DNA of 64,000 nt from Candidatus Xenobia bacterium. Its GTDB lineage: Bacteria > Vulcanimicrobiota > Xenobia > Xenobiales > QWHO01. A program made the position numbers and the translations under genes. The first letter of the stretch is position 1, and every line of letters begins with the position of its first letter. The notes beneath the pieces are model-generated. The model was not told the origin of the DNA. It saw only the letters and a program-made list of their open reading frames with translations, and ran no database searches. The stretch covers positions 128,001-192,000 of the forward strand of contig BTUM01000004.1 in assembly GCA_045863235.1 (NCBI GenBank), given 5' to 3'. Below are positions 46,351 to 56,555 of this stretch, piece after piece.

Positions 46351-47412
46351 ATGCACGACCTGGTTTGCATCATCATGGCCGGTGGCGCTGGAACGCGCTT
46401 CTGGCCGGTCAGCACCGAACGAAAGCCCAAGCAGTTTCTTCCCCTGGGCAGCGAGCGCACGCTGCTGCAAGCCAGCTGCGACCGTCTCGAAGGCCTCTGC
46501 CCCCCCGACCGCACGCTGGTTTTGACCTCTCGCGCCTACTCGGGCCTGGTGCGCGAGCAAGTCCAGGTGGGCCACGTCGTGGGTGAGCCCTGCCGGCGCG
46601 ATACCGCTGCCGCCGTGGCCCTGGCCGCTCTCCTCTGCCGCAAGCTCTACGGGAACGCGACCATGGCAATCCTGACCTCGGACCATCATATCGAGCCCGT
46701 GGATCGCTTCCAGGCCTGCCTGGCCTCGGCCGCGCGGGGAGCCCGTGACTCGGGCAGGCTGTACACCTTTGCCATCCCGCCCACCCGGCCCGAGACGGGC
46801 TACGGCTACCTCGAGCTCGGTCCTCGCCTCGAGCGCCCGGACGCCCTGCACCACCACGAACTGCTCTCGTTTCGCGAGAAGCCCGACCGCATCACAGCCC
46901 GGCACTTTCTTCAAGAGGGGCGTTACTACTGGAACAGCGGCATGTTCTGCTGGACCACCTCGGCCATCCTGGCCGAGCTCGAGGTCCACCTGCCCGGCCA
47001 TCTCGAGGCTCTGGCTCCGGCCGTGCAAGCTTATGGAACCGACCGGTTCGAGCAAGCGCTGGAGACAAGCTTCCAGCCACTCAGCCCCATCTCCATCGAC
47101 TATGCGGTGATGGAGAAGGCGACGCGACGCGCCGCGGTGGTGACCGACTACGAGTGGAGCGATCTGGGCGGTTGGCAGGCGGTCGAGGACTTCCTGCCCG
47201 AGCAGCAGGGCAACCGACATCGGGGACGCCTGGCCAGCCTGGCGTCGAAGGGAAACGTCATCTACTGCGAAGAGCCCGAGGAGCTGGTCTCGCTGGTGGG
47301 GGTGGAGAATCTGGTGGTCGTGCGGGCCGGGAACCGCACCCTGGTGGCCCACCGCGACCACCTGGAAGAGGTGAAGAAGTTGGTAGGAAGCTTGAGCGCC
47401 GAGGAACGATGA
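46351..47412 (+). CDS. manC: Mannose-1-phosphate guanylyltransferase
   Basis: IMAGGAGTRFWP.S...PKQF, EPCRRDTA, ETGYGY, FREKP, WNSGMF, SIDYAVME, WSDLG. Confidence 0.93.
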   Translation: MHDLVCIIMAGGAGTRFWPVSTERKPKQFLPLGSERTLLQASCDRLEGLCPPDRTLVLTSRAYSGLVREQVQVGHVVGEPCRRDTAAAVALAALLCRKLYGNATMAILTSDHHIEPVDRFQACLASAARGARDSGRLYTFAIPPTRPETGYGYLELGPRLERPDALHHHELLSFREKPDRITARHFLQEGRYYWNSGMFCWTTSAILAELEVHLPGHLEALAPAVQAYGTDRFEQALETSFQPLSPISIDYAVMEKATRRAAVVTDYEWSDLGGWQAVEDFLPEQQGNRHRGRLASLASKGNVIYCEEPEELVSLVGVENLVVVRAGNRTLVAHRDHLEEVKKLVGSLSAEER

Positions 47413-48758
47413 CACTGACCTGTTTCAAAGCTTACGACGTGAGGGGCAAGGTGCCCTCAGAGCTCGATGGCGAGCTGGCCGAGCGCATCGGGGCCGCCTA
47501 TGCCCAGGTGCTCAAGCCGGGCACGGTGGCGGTGGGCCATGACATGCGATTGTCCAGCCCCGAAATTGCCTACGCCCTGGTTCAAGGTCTGACCCGCGGG
47601 GGGGCCAACGTGCTCTTCCTGGGCCAGTGTGGCACCGAGGAGGTCTACTTTGCCACCTTTCACCGCCAGCTCGACGGTGGCATCATGGTGACCGCCTCCC
47701 ACAATCCGGCCGACTACAACGGCATGAAGCTGGTGGGGCGCAACGCCTCCCCCATCGGCCGCGACAGCGGGCTCAATGAGATCGAGCAACTTGCCGCTGC
47801 TCCGATCGCTCCCGGTCCCTCCCGGGGCAAGGTCGAGGGCCAGGATCTCCGCGGCGAGTATCTCGACTTTTTGCTCGAAAACTTTGATCTCGAGAGATTG
47901 AAGGGCCGCAAGATGGTCTGCAACGGGGGCAACGGGTGCGCCGGCCCGGTCGTGCTGGCCATGGCCGAGAGGCTGGGCTGGAACCTGCAACTTTTGCACG
48001 GCGACCCGGACGGCAACTTCCCTCACGGGGTTCCCAACCCGCTCCTGCCCGAGAAGCGCCACCACACGACCGACGCCGTGCTCAAAGCCGATGCCGACCT
48101 GGGAGTGGCCTGGGACGGCGACTTCGACCGCTGCTTCTTCTTCGACGAGCACGGGGAGTTCGTGGACGGCTACTACCTGGTGGGCCTGCTGGCCGAGCGC
48201 GCCCTCTTCTTCAACCCGGGCGCCACCATCTTGCACGATCCTCGCCAGATCTGGAACACCATCGAGCGAGTGGAGAAGTCGGGAGGGATGGCGGTACAGA
48301 TCCCCACCGGTCACGTGTTCTTCAAGAAGAAGATGCAGGAGCTGCAAGCCGCTTACGGCGGGGAGATGTCGGCCCATCATTACTTCCAGCGCTTCGGCGG
48401 CTGTGACAGCGGCATGCTTCCCTGGCTCTGGGTGCTCGACTGGATGAGCCGCAAGGATCGTGGACTGGCCGAGCTGATTCGCAACGCCCGCAACAAGTAT
48501 CCGGTCAGCGGCGAAATCAACCGCACGGTGAAGGACGCCGGTGCCGTGATGCGGCTGGTGCGCGAGCGCTACGAGCCGGAATCGATTCGGGTGGACACCA
48601 TGGACGGCATCAGCCTGGAATTCGCCGACTGGCGCTTCAACCTGCGCGCCTCCAACACCGAGCCTTTGTTGCGGCTCAACCTGGAGAGCCGAGGCGACGA
48701 GGGGCTGGTCTCCAGCAAAAAAGACGAGCTGCTCGAGCTCATCGAAGCCCAGGGCTGA
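47409..48758 (+). CDS. manB: Phosphomannomutase
   Basis: FKAYDVRG, TASHNP, DGDFDR, GEMSAH, RASNTEP. Confidence 0.93.
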   Translation: MTLTCFKAYDVRGKVPSELDGELAERIGAAYAQVLKPGTVAVGHDMRLSSPEIAYALVQGLTRGGANVLFLGQCGTEEVYFATFHRQLDGGIMVTASHNPADYNGMKLVGRNASPIGRDSGLNEIEQLAAAPIAPGPSRGKVEGQDLRGEYLDFLLENFDLERLKGRKMVCNGGNGCAGPVVLAMAERLGWNLQLLHGDPDGNFPHGVPNPLLPEKRHHTTDAVLKADADLGVAWDGDFDRCFFFDEHGEFVDGYYLVGLLAERALFFNPGATILHDPRQIWNTIERVEKSGGMAVQIPTGHVFFKKKMQELQAAYGGEMSAHHYFQRFGGCDSGMLPWLWVLDWMSRKDRGLAELIRNARNKYPVSGEINRTVKDAGAVMRLVRERYEPESIRVDTMDGISLEFADWRFNLRASNTEPLLRLNLESRGDEGLVSSKKDELLELIEAQG

Positions 48759-48850
48759 CCCCTCCGCGTAACCGGAAGTTCATAGACTCGATACATCCTG
48801 GCCGGATGGCTGCGCTAGAATCGGGGTGCTCAAAAACCTGGAGGCATCCC

Positions 48851-49675
48851 ATGAACGTAACCGCCCTGGCAGCACGTCCCATCTCCTACAACCGGAGCGC
48901 GAGCAGCGCGCCAGCAAGTAGCCAAGAGAGCCGCGAGGAATCCTCGGGCCTTGGCGCCGTTGGACGCGGAGCGGCCGCCCTGGGCGGCGCCGCCGCCGGC
49001 TACGTGGGCGCCTCGGTGGCCGGGGTGGGAACGACCCTGGCCGGCTCGCTGATGACCCAGGTGACGCTCGGGATGCTGCCCAAGATGCAGCTCGCCGAGG
49101 GCACCGTCAACCTGGTCAACAACGTCTTCGGCCTGAGCGTGGGCCTGAGCTCGCTGGCGGCCATCGGTGCCGGCGTGGCGGCGGGAGCCGTGGTCGCTTA
49201 CCAGGCTTCTGCCGGAGCGGAGAAGGTGGACGACGCGATGCGCGTGGACGACCTCCAGGCTCAGGCTAAAGGGGGCTTCATGTCCCGCACCCTGGCCGAG
49301 TTGAAAGATTACGGCGCCGACCTGCGCTCGAGCCTGAGCAATCTGCAGGGGGCCGCCTCCTTCGGCAGCGCCGCCAAGTCAGGCTTTGACGCCGGCTCGG
49401 CCCTGGGCGCGCCTATCGGAGGAGCCGCCGGCAAAGTACAGGGACTGGGCTGGGGCATCGCGCTCGGGACCATCGCCGCCCTGCCCATTGCGGCGGCGGC
49501 CCCGGCCGTCTTGTCGGCCCCCCTGATGATCGGATTCGCGCTGGCAGGAGGCGCTCTGGGCGCCAAAGCCGGGGAGCCGTTGGGCGCCTTCGCGGGCAGC
49601 CTGGCCGGCGGAGCCGCAGGAGCGGTGCTGGGCGCAGGTTACCACGGCGTCCGCTCGCTCACCGGGAAGGATTGA
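48851..49675 (+). CDS. Gly/Ala-rich membrane protein with glycine-zipper-like helices
   Basis: RBS GGAGG; many GxxxG/AxxxG helices; no family recognised. Confidence 0.7.
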   Translation: MNVTALAARPISYNRSASSAPASSQESREESSGLGAVGRGAAALGGAAAGYVGASVAGVGTTLAGSLMTQVTLGMLPKMQLAEGTVNLVNNVFGLSVGLSSLAAIGAGVAAGAVVAYQASAGAEKVDDAMRVDDLQAQAKGGFMSRTLAELKDYGADLRSSLSNLQGAASFGSAAKSGFDAGSALGAPIGGAAGKVQGLGWGIALGTIAALPIAAAAPAVLSAPLMIGFALAGGALGAKAGEPLGAFAGSLAGGAAGAVLGAGYHGVRSLTGKD

Positions 49676-50410
49676 TCACTCCTCCATCTCGGGATTGAAA
49701 CGGAACAGCCTGGCCGGCCGATGCCGGCCCTTGATGATTGTTTCGTCGGTCTCGATGACCACCCCGGCTGAGAGGATCTTCTTGCGAAAGTTGCGCTTGT
49801 CCAACGTCTTTCCCAGGATGATCTCGTAAAGCTTCTGGATCTCGGTCAGGGTGAACTTCTCCGGCAACAGCCGGAAGGCGACCCGAGAGGACATGATTTG
49901 CGAGCGTAACCGGGTCAGAGCCAGATCCAGGATCAGGTCGTGGTCGAAGGCCAGCTCGGGCAACTCGTAGACCGACCACCAGCGCACCTGACCCGCATCG
50001 CCGGAAGCCTTCATGCGCAGGCGCTCGGACAGGATCAGCGCATAGTGGGCCACTGTGATCACCCGCGTGCGCGGGTCGCGCTCGGGATCGCCAAAGGCGC
50101 GCAGCTGCTCGAGATAGACGTCCGAAACCCCGGTTTCCTCCTCCAATTCCCGCTTGGCAGCGGCCATCAGGCCTTCGTGCTCGCGCACGAAGCCGCCCGG
50201 CAAGGCCCAGCGCCCCTTGAAGGGCCAGTCTTTGCGCTCTACCAGCATCACCTGAAGCTGGTTCTTCATGGCCGTGAAGACCACGAGGTCGACCGCCACG
50301 GAAGGCCGGAAGTAGCGAGTGACGTCGTATTTGCGGGCCTCCGGAGAGCGCTTCTCAGCTTCGACGCTGGCTCGGATCTGCTCGGGGGTTCGCACGTTGA
50401 GGTAGGTCAT
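49676..50410 (-). CDS. nrtR: NrtR-family Nudix transcriptional regulator
   Basis: WALPGGF...RELEEETG Nudix box, RDPR, LAFDH, C-terminal wHTH FTL..LDKRNFRKK..GRHRPA. Confidence 0.88.
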   Translation of the reverse strand: MTYLNVRTPEQIRASVEAEKRSPEARKYDVTRYFRPSVAVDLVVFTAMKNQLQVMLVERKDWPFKGRWALPGGFVREHEGLMAAAKRELEEETGVSDVYLEQLRAFGDPERDPRTRVITVAHYALILSERLRMKASGDAGQVRWWSVYELPELAFDHDLILDLALTRLRSQIMSSRVAFRLLPEKFTLTEIQKLYEIILGKTLDKRNFRKKILSAGVVIETDETIIKGRHRPARLFRFNPEMEE

Positions 50411-50472
50411 GGCGGCCGTCCCTTCGTGCTGGGTTAGAGGAAAACCCTACCGCTGGAGGAAGTCGAAGCTCC

Positions 50473-51303
50473 ATGTCCGAGGCTCAGGGGGCGAAGCGAT
50501 TCGGCCTGACCTACCGCCTGAAGAACGAGGCCGCTCTGAAAGCATGCGAGACGGCCCGGCAGCGCCTTCAGGCTCAGGGGGTGGAAACTTACACCCTGGA
50601 CGAGGTCGTGGAAGGCGCCGAAGCGGATGTCTTTCTCAGCTTCGGGGGGGATGGTACCTTGCTGCACGCGGCCCGGCTGATGGCTCCCCGAGGAATACCC
50701 GTGCTGGGCATCAACCTGGGCCGGGTGGGATACCTGTGCGCCCTGGAGGAGAGCGGGGTGGAGTCAGCTCTGGAGAAGCTGCTCGCAGGTCGCTACCAGC
50801 TCGACAGCCGGAGCATGGTGCGGGCCCGAGTCGTGCATCGTCGCGAGCAGCTCTGGCAGGTGGACGCCCTCAACGACGTGCTGGTCGGTGGCAGCACCCG
50901 CACGGTCACGCTGGAAGTGCACATCGACGGCGAGTTGCTGGGCACCCTGCGAGGAGACGGGATCATCGCCGCCACCCGCACCGGCTCCACCGCTTATGCC
51001 CTGTCAGCGGGCGGGCCGGTCCTGCTGGAAGACTCCCTGGTACTGGTGGCATCCAACGCTCTCTTCTCCTCTTTCTTCCGCAGTCTGGTGGTGCACCTGG
51101 ATGCCACCGTTCGGGTGGTGAACCGCACCGAGGTGGCTCGCCCCTACGTCATCGCCGATGGACAGAAAGACTACCAGATCGAGGACGGCACCGAGGTCGA
51201 GATCCGCCGCTCTCCGGTGTCGGCCCTGCTCGTCGACCTGGGCCTGGAAAGCCCGGTGGCGAGGCTGCGGCGAGGTCATCAAGAAAGGGCCCAAACAACG
51301 TGA
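50473..51303 (+). CDS. nadK: NAD kinase
   Basis: GGDGT, GINLGRVGYL, LND, GDG...TGSTAYALSAGGP, ADGQ. Confidence 0.9.
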   Translation: MSEAQGAKRFGLTYRLKNEAALKACETARQRLQAQGVETYTLDEVVEGAEADVFLSFGGDGTLLHAARLMAPRGIPVLGINLGRVGYLCALEESGVESALEKLLAGRYQLDSRSMVRARVVHRREQLWQVDALNDVLVGGSTRTVTLEVHIDGELLGTLRGDGIIAATRTGSTAYALSAGGPVLLEDSLVLVASNALFSSFFRSLVVHLDATVRVVNRTEVARPYVIADGQKDYQIEDGTEVEIRRSPVSALLVDLGLESPVARLRRGHQERAQTT

Positions 51304-51503
51304 GCGACTTTTTCCGAAGAACCGCCGAGCAGCTCAAGAAGCTGCTCAAGGAGTGCGAGCAGCGCTACCAGGTCGTCGAGTCCGAGGTGGAGGCCCTTGA
51401 ATCTGGCCCCAACACGCCCGAGCTGGAAACGAAGACGCGCGAGCTCGAGCAGCTCGAGAGCCTGCGAGAAGGCCTGGAGGAAGCTCTGTCCTACTGCGAC
51501 TGA
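51300..51503 (+). CDS. Small coiled-coil hypothetical protein
   Basis: GTG overlapping the nadK stop; heptad-rich 67 aa. Confidence 0.55.
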   Translation: MSDFFRRTAEQLKKLLKECEQRYQVVESEVEALESGPNTPELETKTRELEQLESLREGLEEALSYCD

Positions 51504-51541
51504 GCAGGAACCCGACTGACAACGACGCAGTTCGGTCCACC

Positions 51542-54094
51542 ATGCTCAAGCGCCTGGTCGCGACCGTCATCGTCCTGACTGTCCTTTTCGCCGCGGGGTT
51601 TGCCCTCGTGCTGAACCGACCGGTGCCAGGCCCGCAAACTTTCGATGTCCGCGAGGTGGTTCGCAATCTGCCCGTGAACCCCGAGGCAAGCCAGGAGCAG
51701 AAGGAGCTGGCCCGCCAGGAGTTGACCCGGTCACGCGAGCGCTTGACGGCCCTCAAATCAACCCTGCAAGCCCCTGCGCCCACCGACCTGACGGACCTGG
51801 AGGGCCAGCTGGCTTCCTTGCAGGCCCGATTGAAACTGGCCGATTCCGGTACACTCAGCCACGACATCCTGGAGCTTCGCAAACTCTGGATCAGGGGACG
51901 CACAGAGCTGGTGGAACTGGTTCGCCGCGAGCCAGACCCCGACACGCTCCCCCCCATGCCGCTGTTTGACCTGCAAGCTTACGGAGTGCTGCGCGGAACC
52001 GACGATGCCGAGAGCTATCTCAACGAGTATGAGGCTGCTCAGGAGACTCTGGTAGACTACTATCGCCACCAGCGGGCAACCTGGGAGCAGGCCCTGATCG
52101 CCCGACTGAGACTGCAGAACGCTCTGCGACAACTGCGCGAGGATTATCTCGCGCTGGCCAATCGCCGGGGAGTCTCATTGTCGGAACTGGGCGGGGAGGA
52201 CTTCTTTCAGGCCATCCAGGTCGAGCTCGATACCGTGAGGGTGAAGGCGACCCACAAAAGCCTGCTCTTCCGGCTGCACGTGTCCAGTGACCTGAAGGCT
52301 GGCCACTATGGGGCCATTCTGACCGAGATGGCCCTGCCGGTCCTTGCACTGAGTCTCATCCTGGCGGTCTTCTTGCCCGGGGCCGGCCGCATCACGCTGC
52401 AGGGTCGCCAGGGGCGGCTGCTCTCAGGTCTCTTCCTGTTCGCAACCCTGCGGCTGGCCGCGGCTGCGCTGAGTCAGGTGGAGCTCATGCTGGAGCTCGG
52501 GGCGCTGAGTTACCTGACTGCCAACGTGGCTCTCTACCGCGTGATTCGGGATGCCAGCGAGCTGATCGGGTTGCAGGTGGTTCGGACCCTCCGCTTTCGA
52601 GATTCGACCGCGGGCCGCCGCCTGGTGACCGCCTCACTGTCCTGGCTGGCGGGGCTGCTGCTGCTGCGCGACTCCTTCCTCGAGCTGGTGCGCCTGTTGA
52701 CCGTCCGCGGCCTGCTCTACTGGACGGTGGAGGCCGTCTTCGAATGGGTCCTCCTGGCCTTCTACCTCGCCCTGGCCTACTGCTGGCGCTCGGAGATCGT
52801 CTTCCAGCTTCAAAACCTGGCGGGTCCACGCCGCAGCGCGAGTCTGGCCTGGCTCGAGAAACCGGCGGCTGCCCTGGTGGCTATGCCCGTGCTGTTCCCG
52901 GTCTGGCTGGGCCTGGACCTGATCTTCGGGTTGGTCCTGCTGCTGCAGCGGACCGAATTCGGACGCCGCCTTGCGGCCGGAGCCATGCGTCACTACCTGG
53001 AGCGTCTCCGGGGCCGGACGCTGGTGCCCCGAGGGGCTCCGTCCGACTATGCGGCGAAATTCCTGGCCACTCGACCTCCCATCCAGGAGGTGATTCCGCT
53101 CTGCGACCCGACCTTCTTGCCTCGATTGACCGGCCGAGTTGAGGCCTGGATCGAGCAACCTGGCCCTGCCAACAACCGCCTGACCCTGGTCGGGCGCAAA
53201 GGGTCGGGGGTGACCTCGCTGGTGGACTATCTTCAGCATCTTTACCGCGAGCGAGTGCAGTTTGCCCGGGTGAACCTGCAAGATCGCCAGCTTGACCTCT
53301 TCCATGGCCTGGCCTCGGCCTTGAAGCTCGACTCGGTGCCGGAGAGCCTGGAGCAGGCTGCCGAGCTGCTGCGCCAACGCCCCGCGACCGTCCTGGTGAT
53401 AGAGAACTTCCACTTCCTGTTCCTGTCGGCGCTGGGAGGGTTCCAATCTTTGCGCAACGCCCTCCTCCTGGCCCGGATGACGCCCCACAACGTCTTCTGG
53501 ATGTTTACCGGTGGCTACCATGCCCAGGCTTATCTCAATCGGGTGTTGGTGGCCGATTTCGTCAGCGACTTCTGGCTGCAGGTTCCCCTCTGGAGCGAGC
53601 AGGCTCTGCGCAAGGCCATCCTCCATGCCCATCAAGCCAGCGGCCTGAAACTGACCTTCGACCCCGATCTGGGCAGCTTCCCCGAGGAGACCGGGGCTGA
53701 TCAGGGCCTGGAAACCCAGTATTTCCGGATCCTCTGGGAACACTCGGGGGGAAATCCCTCCACCGCCCGCCATCTCTATCTGCGCTCGCTGGACCCGAGC
53801 GAAGACGGTCTGGTCGCCACCCTGCCTCCTTCCAACCAGGTGAGTCGTTTGCAGGCTGCACCGACCGCCATGCACCTGGTGCTGGCGGCTGTCATGCGGC
53901 ATCAGGGTCTGACCGAGGGCGAGGTCGCCCGGGTCACCGACCTGGAAGGTCGTGTGGTGCAACTCTCTTTGATGCAGGCGCTGGAGTGGGGAGTTCTGGA
54001 ATGTGACCACAGGGGCATGCACGCGGTGCACCCGGCCTGGGTCAAAGACCTGGAGGTTCTTTTGAAACGGAAGAACATGTTGTATGCCCTCTGA
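51542..54094 (+). CDS. Large membrane protein with C-terminal degenerate P-loop/AAA domain
   Basis: Coiled-coil N-terminus, multiple TM segments, LVGRKGSGVTS Walker-A-like motif, VLVIEN, SGGNP. Confidence 0.7.
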   Translation: MLKRLVATVIVLTVLFAAGFALVLNRPVPGPQTFDVREVVRNLPVNPEASQEQKELARQELTRSRERLTALKSTLQAPAPTDLTDLEGQLASLQARLKLADSGTLSHDILELRKLWIRGRTELVELVRREPDPDTLPPMPLFDLQAYGVLRGTDDAESYLNEYEAAQETLVDYYRHQRATWEQALIARLRLQNALRQLREDYLALANRRGVSLSELGGEDFFQAIQVELDTVRVKATHKSLLFRLHVSSDLKAGHYGAILTEMALPVLALSLILAVFLPGAGRITLQGRQGRLLSGLFLFATLRLAAAALSQVELMLELGALSYLTANVALYRVIRDASELIGLQVVRTLRFRDSTAGRRLVTASLSWLAGLLLLRDSFLELVRLLTVRGLLYWTVEAVFEWVLLAFYLALAYCWRSEIVFQLQNLAGPRRSASLAWLEKPAAALVAMPVLFPVWLGLDLIFGLVLLLQRTEFGRRLAAGAMRHYLERLRGRTLVPRGAPSDYAAKFLATRPPIQEVIPLCDPTFLPRLTGRVEAWIEQPGPANNRLTLVGRKGSGVTSLVDYLQHLYRERVQFARVNLQDRQLDLFHGLASALKLDSVPESLEQAAELLRQRPATVLVIENFHFLFLSALGGFQSLRNALLLARMTPHNVFWMFTGGYHAQAYLNRVLVADFVSDFWLQVPLWSEQALRKAILHAHQASGLKLTFDPDLGSFPEETGADQGLETQYFRILWEHSGGNPSTARHLYLRSLDPSEDGLVATLPPSNQVSRLQAAPTAMHLVLAAVMRHQGLTEGEVARVTDLEGRVVQLSLMQALEWGVLECDHRGMHAVHPAWVKDLEVLLKRKNMLYAL

Positions 54095-54878
54095 GCAACC
54101 CGCCTTTCTGCAGCTGATCCGCCTGGATACGGCAGTCTACGCGGGCCTGCTCCTGCTGGGCGCGACGGTGCTGGTGCGCGGTCTCAACCGGGCCGCGAGC
54201 GTGGCCGCGCACATGGTGCCGGCGCGCCGGTTGACCATCCTGCAACTGCAGACGATGCTGACCTTCCTGGTCTACATCGTGGCTGGCTCAGCCCTGGTCG
54301 CGGCCTTGCTCTGGCCCAGCCCCCAGCTCTTGCTGGCGGCCTCGGGCAGCGCCGCCCTGGCCGTGGGCTTTGCCCTCAAGGACGTGGCTTCGTCGCTGGT
54401 GGCAGGGCTGATCATCGTGCTCGACCGCCCCTTCCAGGTGGGCGACTGGGTGCAGTTTGGCGACCATTACGGCGAGGTGGTGAGCATCGGCATTCGCACC
54501 TCCCGCATGGTGACCCTGGACGATAATCTCGTCACCATCCCCAACTCGAGTTTTCTGACCGGAGCGGTGGCCTCGGCCAATGCCGGGAACCTGGACATGA
54601 TGGTGAGCGTGCCGGTGCACGTCGCCCTGGACGCCGACCTGGAGAAGGCTGTGAGCCTGGTGCGCGAGGTGCTGGTCACCAGCCCGTACGTCTACCTCAA
54701 CAAGCCGTGCACCGTGGGAGTGGCCGAAGTCAGCGAGGCAGAGCAATTCTCGCTGCTGCTTCTGGCGCGCTGCTACGTGCTGGATGTTCGCTTCCAGAAG
54801 GCCCTGACCACCGACATCACCGTGCGCACGGCCCGCGCCTTTCGCCAGGCGGCAATCAAGCGCCCTGGTCCGGGCTGA
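54084..54878 (+). CDS. Small-conductance mechanosensitive channel (MscS family)
   Basis: AVGFALKD...AG..I..DRPFQVGDWV...GEV..IGIR...VTIPNS. Confidence 0.92.
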   Translation: MPSEQPAFLQLIRLDTAVYAGLLLLGATVLVRGLNRAASVAAHMVPARRLTILQLQTMLTFLVYIVAGSALVAALLWPSPQLLLAASGSAALAVGFALKDVASSLVAGLIIVLDRPFQVGDWVQFGDHYGEVVSIGIRTSRMVTLDDNLVTIPNSSFLTGAVASANAGNLDMMVSVPVHVALDADLEKAVSLVREVLVTSPYVYLNKPCTVGVAEVSEAEQFSLLLLARCYVLDVRFQKALTTDITVRTARAFRQAAIKRPGPG

Positions 54879-55506
54879 AGCCGGCCAGCGGCCGCGACTG
54901 AATGTCGTAGCGGATGGCCAGCATGCGCAGGGCGAAGACGAACACGATGGTGACCCAGGCCGCGGCCACCTCCGACAACCCGAGCCCCTTCAAGAGCAGT
55001 AAGAACAGCCCACAGCCGGCCAGAGCGGCCGCCTGCTCCAGCGTTCCGGGCAAGAACATGGCGACTGGCTGGCGCAGCAGAACATCGCGCAGAATCCCCC
55101 CTCCCACCGCGTTCACCATGCCCACCACCACCACGCCCAGCAGGCTCAAGCCGGCCTGCAAGGCGTGGCACATCCCCACCGAGGCGTAAGCTCCCAGGCC
55201 CAGAGCATCGACCGTGGCTACCAGCTGAGCGCCCCGGGGCAGGCGGTCGAGCCACCGGCCGAGGAGCAGAACAAGCAGAACTCCCAGCAAGATGATCTCG
55301 AGATAGGCCGGCGAGCGCAGCAATAGGGGAGGGCCGTTCTGCAAGAAGAGCCCGTCGCGCAGCAGGCCTCCGCCGGTCGAGGAGATCATGGCCACGGTCA
55401 GGATGCCCATGATGGCAAACCCCCGCCGCGCTGCCAACAGAGCCCCGCTGACTGCCCAGATCAAGGTAGCCAGGTAGTCGAAGTAGACCGGAAGCTGAAA
55501 GTGCAA
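54856..55506 (-). CDS. Trimeric intracellular cation channel family (UPF0126/YadS-like) membrane protein
   Basis: Duplicated GGG.LRD motifs, DALGLG. Confidence 0.85.
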   Translation of the reverse strand: MHFQLPVYFDYLATLIWAVSGALLAARRGFAIMGILTVAMISSTGGGLLRDGLFLQNGPPLLLRSPAYLEIILLGVLLVLLLGRWLDRLPRGAQLVATVDALGLGAYASVGMCHALQAGLSLLGVVVVGMVNAVGGGILRDVLLRQPVAMFLPGTLEQAAALAGCGLFLLLLKGLGLSEVAAAWVTIVFVFALRMLAIRYDIQSRPLAGFSPDQGA

Positions 55507-55548
55507 GCTTAACCCAGGGCCTGGACGAGGGCCATATCTGCACAGGCC

Positions 55549-56499
55549 TCAGCGCTCATGAATTGGCTCCTCCCGACCTGTGCACTGGACTTGCAGCTCT
55601 TGTACCAGGCGGCCTCCATCACACTGGCCCGCCAGGGCGATCAGCACCAGCTCGCTGGAAGGCCTCTCCTGGGGGAGCCAGGCGCGGTGGGGGGTCAGGG
55701 TCCAGCGCCGACCCATGCGCTGAAAGACGTAGCGCCGGGTCGGCTCCTCGGCCAGGTAGAGAACGCCCTTGGCGCGCAGCACCGCGTCAGGCCAGCCCTC
55801 CAGGCAGAGGCGCAAAGAGCGCTCGGACAGGGGCGACTCGGTTGCAAAGCTCCAGGACTCGTATTCCGGGTGGCTCTCCGACTCGCTCGAAAAAGCCCCG
55901 GGGCTGGCCGCCAGCCCGCCCAGCAGGTCGGCCGGAAGGTCTCCGAAACGAGTCTCCACCAGTCTGGCCTGGGGGGCAAGGCTCGCCAACCATGCGCGCA
56001 GAGCGGCCCGCTCGCTCTCGGCCACCAGGTCGAGCTTGTTGAGCACCAGCAGGTCGGCGCACTTGAGCTGGCGCTGGACCGAGTCGCCCACGAACGGGTC
56101 CTGGCTCTTCTCGCGCACCGTCTCGGCATCAGCTACCACCACCACCCCGTCGGGGAGAAAGGGAGCCACGTGGCCATAGCAGGCGATGCGCTGGGGGTCG
56201 GATACGCCGCTGGCCTCGATCAGCACGTGCTCGGGCGGCGGGTCGCGCTCGGAGACCAGGTGCAGGGCGTTGGCCAGCCCGTTGGACAGGCTGCAGCAGA
56301 CACAGCCGTTCTCCAGCCTGAGCACTCCGTCAGCCTCGATCAGGGCGGCGTCGATGTTCAGGCTACCGAAGTCGTTGACCAGAACCGCGTAGCGACGACC
56401 CCGGCTGTGGCGCAGCAGGTGGTTGAGCAGGGTGGTCTTGCCGGCCCCCAGATAGCCCCCGATGACAGTGAGAGGGATCTCTTGCGCACGGCTGGACAT
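55549..56499 (-). CDS. CobW/COG0523 metal-chaperone GTPase
   Basis: GYLGAGKTT, VNDFG, GCVCC, EASG, NKLD, RAKG. Confidence 0.92.
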   Translation of the reverse strand: MSSRAQEIPLTVIGGYLGAGKTTLLNHLLRHSRGRRYAVLVNDFGSLNIDAALIEADGVLRLENGCVCCSLSNGLANALHLVSERDPPPEHVLIEASGVSDPQRIACYGHVAPFLPDGVVVVADAETVREKSQDPFVGDSVQRQLKCADLLVLNKLDLVAESERAALRAWLASLAPQARLVETRFGDLPADLLGGLAASPGAFSSESESHPEYESWSFATESPLSERSLRLCLEGWPDAVLRAKGVLYLAEEPTRRYVFQRMGRRWTLTPHRAWLPQERPSSELVLIALAGQCDGGRLVQELQVQCTGREEPIHER

Positions 56500-56555
56500 G
56501 GCCGCGCTTTCGGCCGACCTCCCGCGCTGCCCTGCACTGCCCATCCCAGCAGATG

